A DNA stretch of 61,779 nt from a virus (taxonomy: Duplodnaviria; Caudoviricetes): the IMG/VR virus record IMGVR_UViG_3300025030_000017, positions 1 to 61,779 of that record; one strand, 5' to 3'. Both the position numbers and the translations under genes were made by a program. This document shows positions 27,793 to 37,017 of this stretch, one piece after another (within the stretch, counting starts at the first letter, position 1; the number at the start of each line of letters is the position of its first letter). The notes under the pieces are model-generated. The model did no database searches. It saw only the letters and a program-made list of their open reading frames with translations, and was not told where the DNA came from.

Positions 27793-29135
27793 ACGACCGC
27801 AAACTACCACCGCAAGCCATAGAGGGCGAAGTCTCGATCCTTGGGGCCATATTTCTTGACAACTCTTGCATCCGTAAAGTCTCCGGAATCATCGACGCAA
27901 TGGACTTTTACCGTGAATCGCATCGAAAAATATTCAGAGCGATGCTTCATCATCAGTCCAAAGGAATTCCTATCGATCTCGTAACACTCAGCAACACGTT
28001 GAAGGATCGTGATGAGCTGGAAGAAGTCGGCGGGGCATCCTATCTGGTCCAGCTTGTCGATTACGTCCCGACTTCAGCCAACGTCGAGTATTACTGTAAG
28101 ATGGTCAAAGAAGCATCGGTGCGCCGGCAGATGATCTTGTACGGCGAGAAGATAAGCGAGATGGCCTATGAAAGCGAGTCGGTAGGCGAGATCATCCCTG
28201 AAGCGAAGTCAGGTTTGTCTGAAATCACGGCAAACATGGATTCGTTTGGCGGTGTTTCCCTGCAAGACCTTTCCACCTTCGACTCTCGTATGGCGAATTA
28301 CGAACGGCGCGTCAAGACAATCGACCAAGACAGGTTCATCACTGAATACGCACTGCTGGACAGGAAAATCAGAGGGGTAGCGCCTGGGGAAGTGATGACC
28401 ATAGTTGCAGAGCCGGGAGGGTTCAAGACTGCGTTTCTGCAAAACCTTCTCAAGCGTGGGGCAAAACGGACGAGCAAACATGCGCTGTTTTTTTCAATGG
28501 AGATGCCTGACGACAAGATATTTGAACGGGAAATCCAGATTGATTGCGGTGTTTCAGGGTGGGATGTGGAGTGTCATTTCAAGGGTGGCGGTAGGTATGC
28601 GATAGACCAGAAAAACATCGCTGCCGGCCATAACGGGCTGATTGTCTGTTCGAAACCGCGTCTTTCGCTGGAACAAATGGAGCGGTATGTTGATCTGACA
28701 CGACAGAAATTTGGCGAAGTGGTGGCCCTTGGGATTGACTTTATCCAACTCATGCCGGGACCGCCTGGGACTAGCAAAATATTTGACAGGATCGAGCACA
28801 ACGCTTATGGAGCAAAAACTATGGCGAAGGCGCTCAACGTCCCGGTGATTCTTCTGTCGCAGATTAACGTATTAGGACGTAAGGAAAAGCAGGGTATCAA
28901 TTTCAGCGATGCGAAAGGCGGCGGGGCTATAGAAGAAGCTGCCGACATAGGACTTGGTTTCTACCATGATAAGAGCGGCGTCCTGGTTTGTGAAGGGCTG
29001 AAGAATCGCAATGGGCCGCGAGGTTGGAAACTTGAAGCAGAGATCAACCGGGTTACGTTTCAGTTTATCGACTTCACTCTTTACGAGGAACGGAAGGGCA
29101 AGGCTAAAGGGGAGGATGACGGATGTCCGTACTAA
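27789..29135 (+). CDS. dnaB: DnaB-like replicative helicase
   Basis: LPPQAIEGEVSILG, AEPGGFKT, FFSMEM, IDFIQL, LSQIN, IEEAAD, KNRNG. Confidence 0.93.
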   Translation: MNDRKLPPQAIEGEVSILGAIFLDNSCIRKVSGIIDAMDFYRESHRKIFRAMLHHQSKGIPIDLVTLSNTLKDRDELEEVGGASYLVQLVDYVPTSANVEYYCKMVKEASVRRQMILYGEKISEMAYESESVGEIIPEAKSGLSEITANMDSFGGVSLQDLSTFDSRMANYERRVKTIDQDRFITEYALLDRKIRGVAPGEVMTIVAEPGGFKTAFLQNLLKRGAKRTSKHALFFSMEMPDDKIFEREIQIDCGVSGWDVECHFKGGGRYAIDQKNIAAGHNGLIVCSKPRLSLEQMERYVDLTRQKFGEVVALGIDFIQLMPGPPGTSKIFDRIEHNAYGAKTMAKALNVPVILLSQINVLGRKEKQGINFSDAKGGGAIEEAADIGLGFYHDKSGVLVCEGLKNRNGPRGWKLEAEINRVTFQFIDFTLYEERKGKAKGEDDGCPY

Positions 29136-29154
29136 TGAAGGGGAGGGAGCAATT

Positions 29155-29340
29155 ATGGGATTGAAACAGCATATTGGCTTTCTGGTGATATTGGCCGTCA
29201 TGATGTTTATAGCTTGGCTGTTTGACATTAATAACGTCCAGAATAAGTATGATTGGACTGTCCCGTTCGTATCTGCGTTCATGGTTTGGTTGATAGCTGA
29301 AGTATTGTACTGGCTGTTCTATTATTTTTTTATCGTTTGA
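29155..29340 (+). CDS. Small two-TM membrane protein
   Basis: GGAG RBS; two hydrophobic helices. Confidence 0.6.
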   Translation: MGLKQHIGFLVILAVMMFIAWLFDINNVQNKYDWTVPFVSAFMVWLIAEVLYWLFYYFFIV

Positions 29341-29355
29341 CCTTCAAGGAGACGT

Positions 29356-29568
29356 ATGCAAACGCTCAACCTACTCAACGACACCATTCTCGTCTGTAAT
29401 TCCGGTGAAGTGCGTCAGGTCTGGACCGATCAGCCGAACGAGCACAAGTATCGCGTCTGGACGGAGCAGGAAGTGAGACTCGCGACCTTACTTGACGAAA
29501 AGGATCTCTTGGAAATCGTCAAACGGAAGAAATCGCCAAAAGGGTTTGTGTTTAAAGGTCAGGTATAG
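29356..29568 (+). CDS. Hypothetical protein
   Basis: AGGAG RBS, 70 aa. Confidence 0.65.
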   Translation: MQTLNLLNDTILVCNSGEVRQVWTDQPNEHKYRVWTEQEVRLATLLDEKDLLEIVKRKKSPKGFVFKGQV

Positions 29569-29695
29569 GGCAGGGACGAACGAGGCTAAGGCAGGAATTG
29601 ATTTTGAGACAGGGTGAATGGTTGTGGTAGGGTCGGCAAAGGCAAACGTGTTATAACGCAAATTTGGAAGAAATTGAAATCGAAAGGAGGGAGTG

Positions 29696-29854
29696 ATGGA
29701 TGATGCGGAGATTTGCCCTTATAAAGATGCGAAATATTGCACTAGACCGCACGTACACGCCAACGTGCGTCATTGCCGATGGGCGGCGAGGGTTCGGCAC
29801 AAGTCGCAGTGGGGTGGGTCGTTGGTGAGATGCTGGAAGGGGAAGAAATTATAA
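29696..29854 (+). CDS. Small hypothetical protein, 52 aa
   Basis: AGGAGG RBS; stop codon lies within an attC-like R box. Confidence 0.45.
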   Translation: MDDAEICPYKDAKYCTRPHVHANVRHCRWAARVRHKSQWGGSLVRCWKGKKL

Positions 29855-29910
29855 CGGTTTGAAATAACCGGCGAAGCGCAGCAAAGACCGAGTTGATTGT
29901 TTGGTTATAG
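29849..29910 (-). mobile_element. attC-like site (62 bp)
   Basis: Minus strand: R'' CTATAAC, CAAAC, L'' AATCAAC, extra T, CGG...CCG, L' GTTATT, R' GTTATAA; two extrahelical bases as in canonical attC. Confidence 0.8.
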
Positions 29911-29935
29911 CCCGTTTTCGCCACGGAGAGGCGGC

Positions 29936-30196
29936 ATGATTAAGGCACCGTGGACAACAGCGCAAATCGAAAATCTAAGGAAACGGCAAGCAGAACCAAC
30001 ATTGCACTCCTATACCTGCGACGACTGCGGGAATGATCTGTACCCGACAGAGCAAGGATGGGAGTGTTACACAGATGGATGCAACTACACTCAGGATTGG
30101 GCACACACTTCGGACGTGACCGGAGAGTTTCAATCACTAGTGGATTTCAGGAAGCACCTGGACAGCAAAATAGACGCATCACTGGAAGGGATATAA
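29936..30196 (+). CDS. Zn-binding hypothetical protein carried in a cassette-like unit
   Basis: IKAPWT...HSYTCDDCG...GWEC...CNYTQDWAH; bounded by GTTATAG (29904) and ATATAAC (30191). Confidence 0.75.
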   Translation: MIKAPWTTAQIENLRKRQAEPTLHSYTCDDCGNDLYPTEQGWECYTDGCNYTQDWAHTSDVTGEFQSLVDFRKHLDSKIDASLEGI

Positions 30197-30259
30197 CAAT
30201 GATTACCCTGCCATATCAGCCGTGATAACTGGATAATTAGCGACAAAGGCAGAAATACA

Positions 30260-30556
30260 ATGACCGTGCCAAACCTTTACAAACGCTGCGACAACCCCCC
30301 CTGCCACGAACTAGCCCCATACCCTGACCCGTACTGTTGCCCACGGTGCAAGAAGAACCACCAGAGCAGGATGTATCACTTGCGGCACTTTGGCCCAACG
30401 CGTCAGGAAAAGGTAACGTGGCAAAGCAAGCGCCAACGAGTGATGACGGACGCGGAACAGGAGCAGATTAACTTGACAGCAACACGGGCGATGGCGGCGA
30501 GGATGAAGCAGCCGCTTGATAAACTGGCAGCGCGGAGATGTGGCGCTCTTTGGTAA
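30260..30556 (+). CDS. Cys-rich hypothetical protein
   Basis: CDNPPC...YCCPRC. Confidence 0.6.
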   Translation: MTVPNLYKRCDNPPCHELAPYPDPYCCPRCKKNHQSRMYHLRHFGPTRQEKVTWQSKRQRVMTDAEQEQINLTATRAMAARMKQPLDKLAARRCGALW

Positions 30557-30583
30557 AACGTGACCGGCTAATTGGGGAGAGAT

Positions 30584-30773
30584 ATGAGCCAACAGGACTT
30601 GATTGAAATGTGCAACGACGCGATAACTGAAAGGCCGTCGCCTGGAATTACGGCTTAAACGAGATCCACCGGCTGATATGCCGAAAGGATTTTTGCTTGA
30701 AGAAGACAAAGGGAAGGGGAGGCTTTATGAGTTTAACCCCTGGAAGGTTAAGGCGTGGGCGGAGGGGAAGTAA
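30584..30773 (+). pseudogene. Small gene interrupted by a +1 frameshift near 30626
   Basis: MSQQDLIEMCNDAI continues as LKGRRLELRLKRDPP...WAEGK* in the next frame; span 190 nt = 63 codons + 1. Confidence 0.5.
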
Positions 30774-30805
30774 AAAAGAGGCCGGGAAATTAATCTCGGC
30801 CTCTG
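30772..30805. terminator. Terminator hairpin between convergent operons
   Basis: AGAGGCCGGGA...TCTCGGCCTCT stem with A-run on the left side. Confidence 0.7.
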
Positions 30806-31070
30806 TGCGTTAATCCTTGTGGCAAGCTGTAATGCAACTTTCTGGCTCTCCGTATTTACTGATGACTATCCCTTCATGCAACACCTTGGCTTCTTCTGGT
30901 GGCCTTACTAGCAGCGCGGCAAATATCGCCAGTGCTATCAAGCTTCCGATCAGCGTCCTCTTCTCCCGTCTCCTCATGTCTTACCCTCCTTGTGATGTAA
31001 TACACAGTCTCAGCTAAAATATAGGCCATTCCTATCAGTAGTAGATGAGACTGAATCCAGTTGATGATCT

Positions 31071-31412
31071 TCAAAATTCCCCCCTTAATCTCGCGGCACA
31101 TATCGCGGCGGTGATGTCTTCTTTCGTGTGACCGGCAGCTATTAAGGCTTTCTGTTGCCAGTTTTTGACCTTGATTTCGCATGAGTAGACGATTTTCTGA
31201 AGCTTCAGGTATTGCGTGTCAACGGCCATGAGATAAACGCGCCTGGTTGTGACTTTGTTTGTCCGCACCTGTATAAGCTGATAAATGTGACCGGCGAATC
31301 GTAACAGGGGGCGCTCCTTTGACCATAGAATCGGAATGGTCGTGACGCATTTCGGGTTGACTGCTCCGAGTTCCAGGCAAGCGTAGGGCTGTGTGCGTTT
31401 CTGTTTCTTCAT
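31071..31412 (-). CDS. Hypothetical protein with shared C-terminal WQxxA...TAAICAARL module
   Basis: GAGGA RBS; C-terminus similar to those of 32735..33073 and 48594..48878. Confidence 0.7.
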   Translation of the reverse strand: MKKQKRTQPYACLELGAVNPKCVTTIPILWSKERPLLRFAGHIYQLIQVRTNKVTTRRVYLMAVDTQYLKLQKIVYSCEIKVKNWQQKALIAAGHTKEDITAAICAARLRGEF

Positions 31413-31539
31413 TTCTCTTCCTCGTTCAAACTCTCGATGATGACTTGCTCTGCTTCTTCGAGGGTATAGTTACAGATGGGGCAATGATTTCTGAATGTCC
31501 AGACATGGCAGAGAGGACAACTATGCCCCTGCTTCCGCT

Positions 31540-31728
31540 TCACATATGGATTTTGCATACTTTGCATAGTGCTTCGCCCCCCCGCGTTTCAAATAATTCA
31601 GACGATGCGCGTTGCAGTCCAGGGTTACAGATCGCGGCAAATAAACCTTTGGCCTCGGTCTGTCTCCAATAGTGGTAAACCCTGGCGCTTTCCCTGACTT
31701 TGGCTTTGAATTTTGGCGGTAGTTTCAT
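31540..31728 (-). CDS. Hypothetical protein
   Basis: GGAGG RBS before MKLPPKFKAK. Confidence 0.5.
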   Translation of the reverse strand: MKLPPKFKAKVRESARVYHYWRQTEAKGLFAAICNPGLQRASSELFETRGGEALCKVCKIHM

Positions 31729-31750
31729 GGTTCCCTCCCCTTTTTTGAAA

Positions 31751-31847
31751 GTGTAGAATATTCTTGTCAAGCAAAATATTCACACGCATTTTTAAGTTAG
31801 AACTAGAACTGTGGCAGCTTCAGATGGTGTAGAATATTCTACACATC
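31751..31847. promoter_or_regulatory. Repeated palindromic site
   Basis: GTGTAGAATATTCT at 31751 and 31827; the second is the perfect 18-bp palindrome GTGTAGAATATTCTACAC. Confidence 0.6.
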
Positions 31848-32049
31848 ATTTTTATTGGAAACGTGTGCTATAGTCTTAATTGTAAGGCCGTCAGATAGCG
31901 TCAGTCTTCTGACGTGCTGCAATGTTTAGCGATGCCAGTTAATCAAGACCTTGGTGAGAGGATAAGCATTTCCTCTCCCCAATACCCCTCTACCCTTCCG
32001 AGTTCTCAAGGGTAAAACCAATCAACCAAAATCGTGACCGGCGATTTGC

Positions 32050-32694
32050 TCAAACCATGTCACCGTCTTCATCGAAAAGATAATCTGCCCCCTCGAAATA
32101 CTCCGTCAAATGCTCGTTGCTTGTCAAATAATCGTGCTCCTTCTCAAGCGTCCGGTAGATCCCGCACATCTCTCGTTTAAAAATATCCTCGGCCTCTTGT
32201 GCAAGCCTATGGATTTCATCGTCGGCATGGTCAAGCAAGTTGATTGCCTTGAAAGCGTGATACCTTAGATCATCCTGGTCGTAGTCGATGAGATAGCGCC
32301 AGTCCTCGTAATCGTACTCAAAGGAACAGCGGTCGTGACTGCGGCTGTCACATTTGAAGCTAAAATAGAAACCGTCAATGTTTAACAGCTTGCGGATCGT
32401 GGCGAAGTCTTCAGCCTTGTAATATGCCTCAAGGAATTTAGGCAAGTCTTCAATGTAGCCGTCGAAACTTGCGCCGTCTCCCTGGCAACAGAAACCACTG
32501 AACCACATATCATTAACGTGGATGCCCTTCTCTTCCATCTCGGCTTTGAAGTCTTCATCGGTAAGATCCCACCAGTCATTATTATCAACTTCAAAGTACC
32601 GTTGCTTGTCCAGAATCGCGGCTCTCACGTCTTCAGGCGCATCGGCAAAAGTCCAGGGCCCATAGTCTTCATCTTCGGCAAGGTTTGATTGCAT
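32050..32694 (-). CDS. Highly acidic early protein (leading-region family)
   Basis: FSGFCCQGDGASF and LEKEHDYLTS...YLFDEDG motifs; AGGAGG RBS. Confidence 0.75.
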   Translation of the reverse strand: MQSNLAEDEDYGPWTFADAPEDVRAAILDKQRYFEVDNNDWWDLTDEDFKAEMEEKGIHVNDMWFSGFCCQGDGASFDGYIEDLPKFLEAYYKAEDFATIRKLLNIDGFYFSFKCDSRSHDRCSFEYDYEDWRYLIDYDQDDLRYHAFKAINLLDHADDEIHRLAQEAEDIFKREMCGIYRTLEKEHDYLTSNEHLTEYFEGADYLFDEDGDMV

Positions 32695-32734
32695 AGTATT
32701 CCTCCTTAAAAATCGTGACCGGCTAATTGACAAA

Positions 32735-33073
32735 TCACGTTGCTAAAAGTCGCGCTGCACAAATCATTGCAGTGTATTCCTCTTCGGTAAAACCTGCGGC
32801 AATGATCGCCTTTTTTTGCCAGTTCCCGCGCCACGATTCAACTTTTAAAACCGTCTCGCCTTGCCTCCCGTCTGGATTCAGGAACACGACGCATCTATTT
32901 TCATAGGTGCGTTTTGGTCCGTGGGTCTTATGATATGACTTGCTGTAATAGTTCCAATCTTCGTTTGTGTCATAGCGTGCCCAAAGGATTCGCCCGTCGG
33001 GCAATAAAAGCTGAGTCGTTTCTTTCGTGGTTGCGTAATCTTTCCAGGCAAGCGGGTTTGTCGTTGTCCACAT
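32735..33073 (-). CDS. Hypothetical protein with shared C-terminal module
   Basis: SWRGNWQKKAIIAAGFTEEEYTAMICAARL; AGGAGG RBS. Confidence 0.75.
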   Translation of the reverse strand: MWTTTNPLAWKDYATTKETTQLLLPDGRILWARYDTNEDWNYYSKSYHKTHGPKRTYENRCVVFLNPDGRQGETVLKVESWRGNWQKKAIIAAGFTEEEYTAMICAARLLAT

Positions 33074-33133
33074 GGTTGTCCTCCTTTAATCGCTCTATCG
33101 CTTCCCTGTGGCATTCAGGGAAGCTAACAACGA

Positions 33134-33319
33134 TTAATGCGATTCGATCAGATTAATATTGAGGGCTTTTGCGGTCTGCCGCGCTTCTGTTTTCGTGTCA
33201 AACCATGGCTGTACTATGTCGTTTCCGTTTTCATCTACTATGCGCCATGCGTTAACGTACCATGCTTTGTATGTATTAAATCGCTCCTGTCTGTCTTTTT
33301 TCAAATAACCTGTTCTCAT
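33134..33319 (-). CDS. Hypothetical protein
   Basis: 61-aa ORF with AAGGA RBS. Confidence 0.7.
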   Translation of the reverse strand: MRTGYLKKDRQERFNTYKAWYVNAWRIVDENGNDIVQPWFDTKTEARQTAKALNINLIESH

Positions 33320-33341
33320 GGTCGGTCCTTTCTTTGTTGGT

Positions 33342-34562
33342 TTAATGACCGGGGCGGAGGCGCACTATTTCACCAAATGGCGGCGGGCTGGCTTGATACT
33401 TCCCGGTATTGACCCATAGACAGGGATACTCTGGCTCGTTGCCATAATCTGAACAGGCCAGATCAGTCAAATACACGACGGCGCATGGCGTCTCTTCCGC
33501 GTTCTCTTCTATCCATTTCCAAACCGGGTAAAATCGCGTCCCGCCTCCGCCTTTCGCGTCAAGCCTAATCGGCCTCGTCTCTGCGGTGAACTCTTCAACG
33601 TGTTGTACTTTGGTGTCACAGTAGATCACGGTGACGGTCGTCGGGTACTGGTTCAAAATGTCGTCAATCTCGCTGGCGAATTGCTGTAAATCGTCTTTGG
33701 TGATACTGCCGGAAGTGTCAACGGCTACGACAAGCGGCGGCATTTCCTGGTTGTAGAGTGAGGGAAGGATAAGACCTCTTGAGAAATATCGCGGGTTCGG
33801 GCGCTTCCAGGTGTAGTCGTTTCGGGCGGTGCGGTCGATGAACTGTCTAAGTGCTTCCCGCCAATCAACAACCGGTTCTAAAAGCTCGTCAACGTACCTT
33901 GCAAGACTTCCCGGCAACTTGCCCGCCATTTTCGCGGCTTGCGCTGCCTGCTGCGTGGCAATTTTCCAGTCTTGCGCGTTCTGTGCCTTGTCGCTGTCGC
34001 TGGCTGGCTGTCCGTCTTTTCCTGGCAAGTCCCTTACCTCGCCACATTTACCGGGATCGCCTAAATTTGGCTCCTGCGGTCCTTTGCCTTGCTTCCCTGC
34101 TCCGTTGCCTGCTCCGTTTCCCTTTCCCGGTCCTGGGCCTTGTGGTGGCTCTGGGATAAGGTTGTAAATCGCTTCCGCTTCCAGGTTTGCAAAGGCGGGT
34201 GACAAAAGTCTATCTTTCGGAAGTTGCATACCTGCGGCTTCGATCAGGGGGTTAATTGCATAATCGGCGGCAAGGTTCCAGCGTTGCGGGTCGCGTTCTC
34301 CCCTGCGGCATTGGTGCGCGTTGGCAAGGTGCATAACTTCATGGCATAAAACACCTTTAAGCTGGTCAATCGGGAGTGAGTCCACAAAGGCGGGGCAATA
34401 GCCGATATTTACTCCGTCGGTCCACATGGTGCGTTGTTCAGGGTTCTGGATGTACAGCATTTCATCCTCGATCAACTTGGTTTTGAGGGCAAGCGAGCCG
34501 AAAAAGGGCTGGTCAAGTATGAGAGCACTCCTTGCTTTTCTCATTTTCTGTTCTGCTGTCAT
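33342..34562 (-). CDS. HExxH metallopeptidase-like plus vWA domain protein (DUF2201-like)
   Basis: PFFGSL, TMWTDG, LCHEVMH, WNLAADYAIN, VAVDTSGS (MIDAS), GGGGT, YLTD. Confidence 0.9.
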   Translation of the reverse strand: MTAEQKMRKARSALILDQPFFGSLALKTKLIEDEMLYIQNPEQRTMWTDGVNIGYCPAFVDSLPIDQLKGVLCHEVMHLANAHQCRRGERDPQRWNLAADYAINPLIEAAGMQLPKDRLLSPAFANLEAEAIYNLIPEPPQGPGPGKGNGAGNGAGKQGKGPQEPNLGDPGKCGEVRDLPGKDGQPASDSDKAQNAQDWKIATQQAAQAAKMAGKLPGSLARYVDELLEPVVDWREALRQFIDRTARNDYTWKRPNPRYFSRGLILPSLYNQEMPPLVVAVDTSGSITKDDLQQFASEIDDILNQYPTTVTVIYCDTKVQHVEEFTAETRPIRLDAKGGGGTRFYPVWKWIEENAEETPCAVVYLTDLACSDYGNEPEYPCLWVNTGKYQASPPPFGEIVRLRPGH

Positions 34563-34772
34563 TTACATTCCCCTTTCTGTATAAATACGCTCAATGGCGT
34601 CTATCTGCTCTTGTGGTGCGTTCCGGATTTTTGCAGGATCGGCGTTTACCCCTCTGGATGAGTCGGATAAACGTGTTAGGCTAATCCTGCCGTAATAGTC
34701 AACTAACCCTTCCAATCGCCAATATCGGCCTTTGTAATACACGTATTTTGTAAACTGCGGTAAATTTGCCAT
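34563..34772 (-). CDS. Hypothetical protein
   Basis: GGAGG RBS before MANLPQF. Confidence 0.65.
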   Translation of the reverse strand: MANLPQFTKYVYYKGRYWRLEGLVDYYGRISLTRLSDSSRGVNADPAKIRNAPQEQIDAIERIYTERGM

Positions 34773-34838
34773 GGTTCCTATTCCCTCCTGTTGATTGCTT
34801 AATGATGCCCCTGAATAGATCAGGAGCACGATAAACAA

Positions 34839-35696
34839 TCAAGCTGCGTTCATGTAACCGCACATCTTAGACATGATTTCGGCACAGTCATTTGCAACGG
34901 CTTGCCGGGTCTTCTTATCGATTCTCAATGTCTCGGGTTCGTATGCTGTCAACCTGGCGGAAACTTCCTTTGTCAGTCGGTCAAGTTCGGCGTCTCCTGC
35001 GATATTCAAGCGGGGTAACAGGTCCACGAGTTCAACGATGTTGCCGACAAGGGAATCCCTGAAGATAGCATCAGGAGTGCTTAACCGTTCTGCCATTGCT
35101 GATACTGCGGTATGCAGGCGGCTCCATACGTCTCTCATGGCTGCGTCCTGGGCCTGCTGGCTTCTCGCGTCAAGCTCGGCTTTGATCCGGCTCACTTCGG
35201 CGTCTCCAAGGTCAACGCGAAAGTCTGACGCATCCGGAAGCGGGTCAACCTGCGTTTCGAAGGAATATTTACTGACGATGTTTTCGGCGCTGGGGTAGTC
35301 TGACTGCACAAACAACGAATTGAGGCGGATTTTAGCATCTTCGACTAATGCGGGGTACTCGATTAAAAACTCGCTGACTGCTGCCTGGAACGCTGCTTTA
35401 TGTTTTCGCATCCCTTCAGAATAGGCGAAGAAATTAGCGGCGGGTAGAATCCTCGCTCCGTCGTCGTTCCAAGGAAGGGTTTGTGCATAGTGAAAAGTTC
35501 GGGCGTCTCCTGCTGCGCTCTGTACCTTCTTCAAGGCGTTGGTGGCTATCAGGGATTTATTGTATCTCCCGGCGTCGTTCGAAGTCTGGAAGTCGTTTTT
35601 GATCTTCTCTGTCGCGGTTTTGTCCAAGCGTCTCGCGCTCCAAATACTTATAGAGAGACGGGCAAGCATGGCTTTTTTACTGATAACGTGTGTCAT
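34839..35696 (-). CDS. Helical MoxR-associated protein (DUF3150-like)
   Basis: SISIWSARRLDK, TLPWxDDGARILP, DYPS, FRDSLVGNI, LPRLNIAGD; lies between the ATPase and vWA genes. Confidence 0.65.
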   Translation of the reverse strand: MTHVISKKAMLARLSISIWSARRLDKTATEKIKNDFQTSNDAGRYNKSLIATNALKKVQSAAGDARTFHYAQTLPWNDDGARILPAANFFAYSEGMRKHKAAFQAAVSEFLIEYPALVEDAKIRLNSLFVQSDYPSAENIVSKYSFETQVDPLPDASDFRVDLGDAEVSRIKAELDARSQQAQDAAMRDVWSRLHTAVSAMAERLSTPDAIFRDSLVGNIVELVDLLPRLNIAGDAELDRLTKEVSARLTAYEPETLRIDKKTRQAVANDCAEIMSKMCGYMNAA

Positions 35697-35699
35697 GGT

Positions 35700-35909
35700 T
35701 TAATGCTCCTTTCGTTGTCTGCGGTCGTTTCCGCGTGATGTAAAGCACTGGTTCGGGCAAAGTTGACAGGGTTTCCGATCAACGGCAAAATACAGGTCAA
35801 TTAAAAAGTCTGCTCCGCGTGGCGTCTCCATCAGTTTGCATCCGTGTCTTACGAGGTCGGCTAAATCGGGCTGCGGCTTGTGCCTCCGTTCCTGCAGTCG
35901 TCTGGTCAT
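35700..35909 (-). CDS. Hypothetical protein
   Basis: AGGAG RBS, 69 aa. Confidence 0.55.
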   Translation of the reverse strand: MTRRLQERRHKPQPDLADLVRHGCKLMETPRGADFLIDLYFAVDRKPCQLCPNQCFTSRGNDRRQRKEH

Positions 35910-36003
35910 AGCTCCTTTCCTCCGTTTAGTGAATTACCGTGTGGTTGGCTGTAACTGCTTATCTGAACCGTTAAGGATCTTAACGGCTCAATAAACGGTC
36001 AAG

Positions 36004-37014
36004 CTAGATTAAGAGGCTGCTATGGCTGGCCGCCCACTTCACGAAACCCCTTGAACTGGTAACGGTCGGGGCGAGTTTTACCGCGTCTCTCATCAGCAAA
36101 ACAGAAAATTCAGCGGGTAGCCGGTCGCAATATTCCGCAAGCCGATCAATCGTATTATCTGAGGCTTTCCGGCTCAAAGCACCACAAAGTGCGTACAGGG
36201 TCGCCGGATCGGTCGGCACTTCTCCTGCCTGGGGGTTCATCAATATCGCGTCGGGGTTCGGGAGGTTGCGACAGATACGAAGGAATCCAAGGAATTCGGC
36301 TGCAAAGGCTTCTCCTGCTGCGCCAGCGATAACGGGATATTCAAGTTCCTGAGCTATGCCTAGATTTAAGATCCTGCCGACGTTGGCAACGGTGCGGGGA
36401 CAAGGGCTGTTAAATAGGTCGGGGGATGGTTTGAAATCGTGTAGTAGGTTCGGGCGGAAACGGACAAAACTGATTAACTCGGTCGGCATGTTGTTGGACA
36501 ATGCCCAATTGCACCAGGAATCAAGATCAGGCTGTAACTCAACGATGGTTGTAAAGCGGGATTTGACAGGCTCCAAGAGTCCAGAAACGCCGGCGCGGTC
36601 CTGCCTCCGGTTGGTGGCTCCGATAAAACAAATGTGGTCTGATACTTTATGACCGTTCACGCGGCGTGCTAGGATGAGTTGCATTGCTGCGGCTTGCGTG
36701 GCGGGTGGCGCTTGTCCAAGATCGTCTAAAAAGAAAAGGGTGGGGCGCGTTGCCTCGACTGCCTGACGGAGTTCCCCGAAAGGTAAAAACTCGGCGGCGT
36801 CGTTGACTATTCCAGGCAGCCCCTTAAAATCCACGGGGTCTGATACTACGGGATGAGTTATAATGAGGTCTGCGCCTGCGGCTTTCGCGGCCTGGGTGAC
36901 GATATCACTCTTGCCAACTCCCGGCGCTCCCTGGATCAATACCGGCTCTCTCGCGGGTATCATGGTAGCTAGAAGCGTCTCAAGCTGTTTCGGGTTCAAT
37001 GCGATTTCTGACAT
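36004..37014 (-). CDS. MoxR/CbbQ-type AAA+ ATPase
   Basis: Walker A GAPGVGKS, DFKGLP, Walker B FFLDD, GATNR, SRF, PCPRT. Confidence 0.92.
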   Translation of the reverse strand: MSEIALNPKQLETLLATMIPAREPVLIQGAPGVGKSDIVTQAAKAAGADLIITHPVVSDPVDFKGLPGIVNDAAEFLPFGELRQAVEATRPTLFFLDDLGQAPPATQAAAMQLILARRVNGHKVSDHICFIGATNRRQDRAGVSGLLEPVKSRFTTIVELQPDLDSWCNWALSNNMPTELISFVRFRPNLLHDFKPSPDLFNSPCPRTVANVGRILNLGIAQELEYPVIAGAAGEAFAAEFLGFLRICRNLPNPDAILMNPQAGEVPTDPATLYALCGALSRKASDNTIDRLAEYCDRLPAEFSVLLMRDAVKLAPTVTSSRGFVKWAASHSSLLI

Positions 37015-37017
37015 GGT

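Noticed and set aside
29570-29670. Additional attC site at GTTATAAC (29650) and weak similarity to 38860-38930 (GCAAATTTGGA)
   Set aside because: No L boxes or central stem; similarity is limited to about 11 nt
36004-37014. AAA+ ATPase as the sigma54 activator
   Set aside because: No GAFTGA loop or C-terminal HTH; motifs fit the MoxR/CbbQ type
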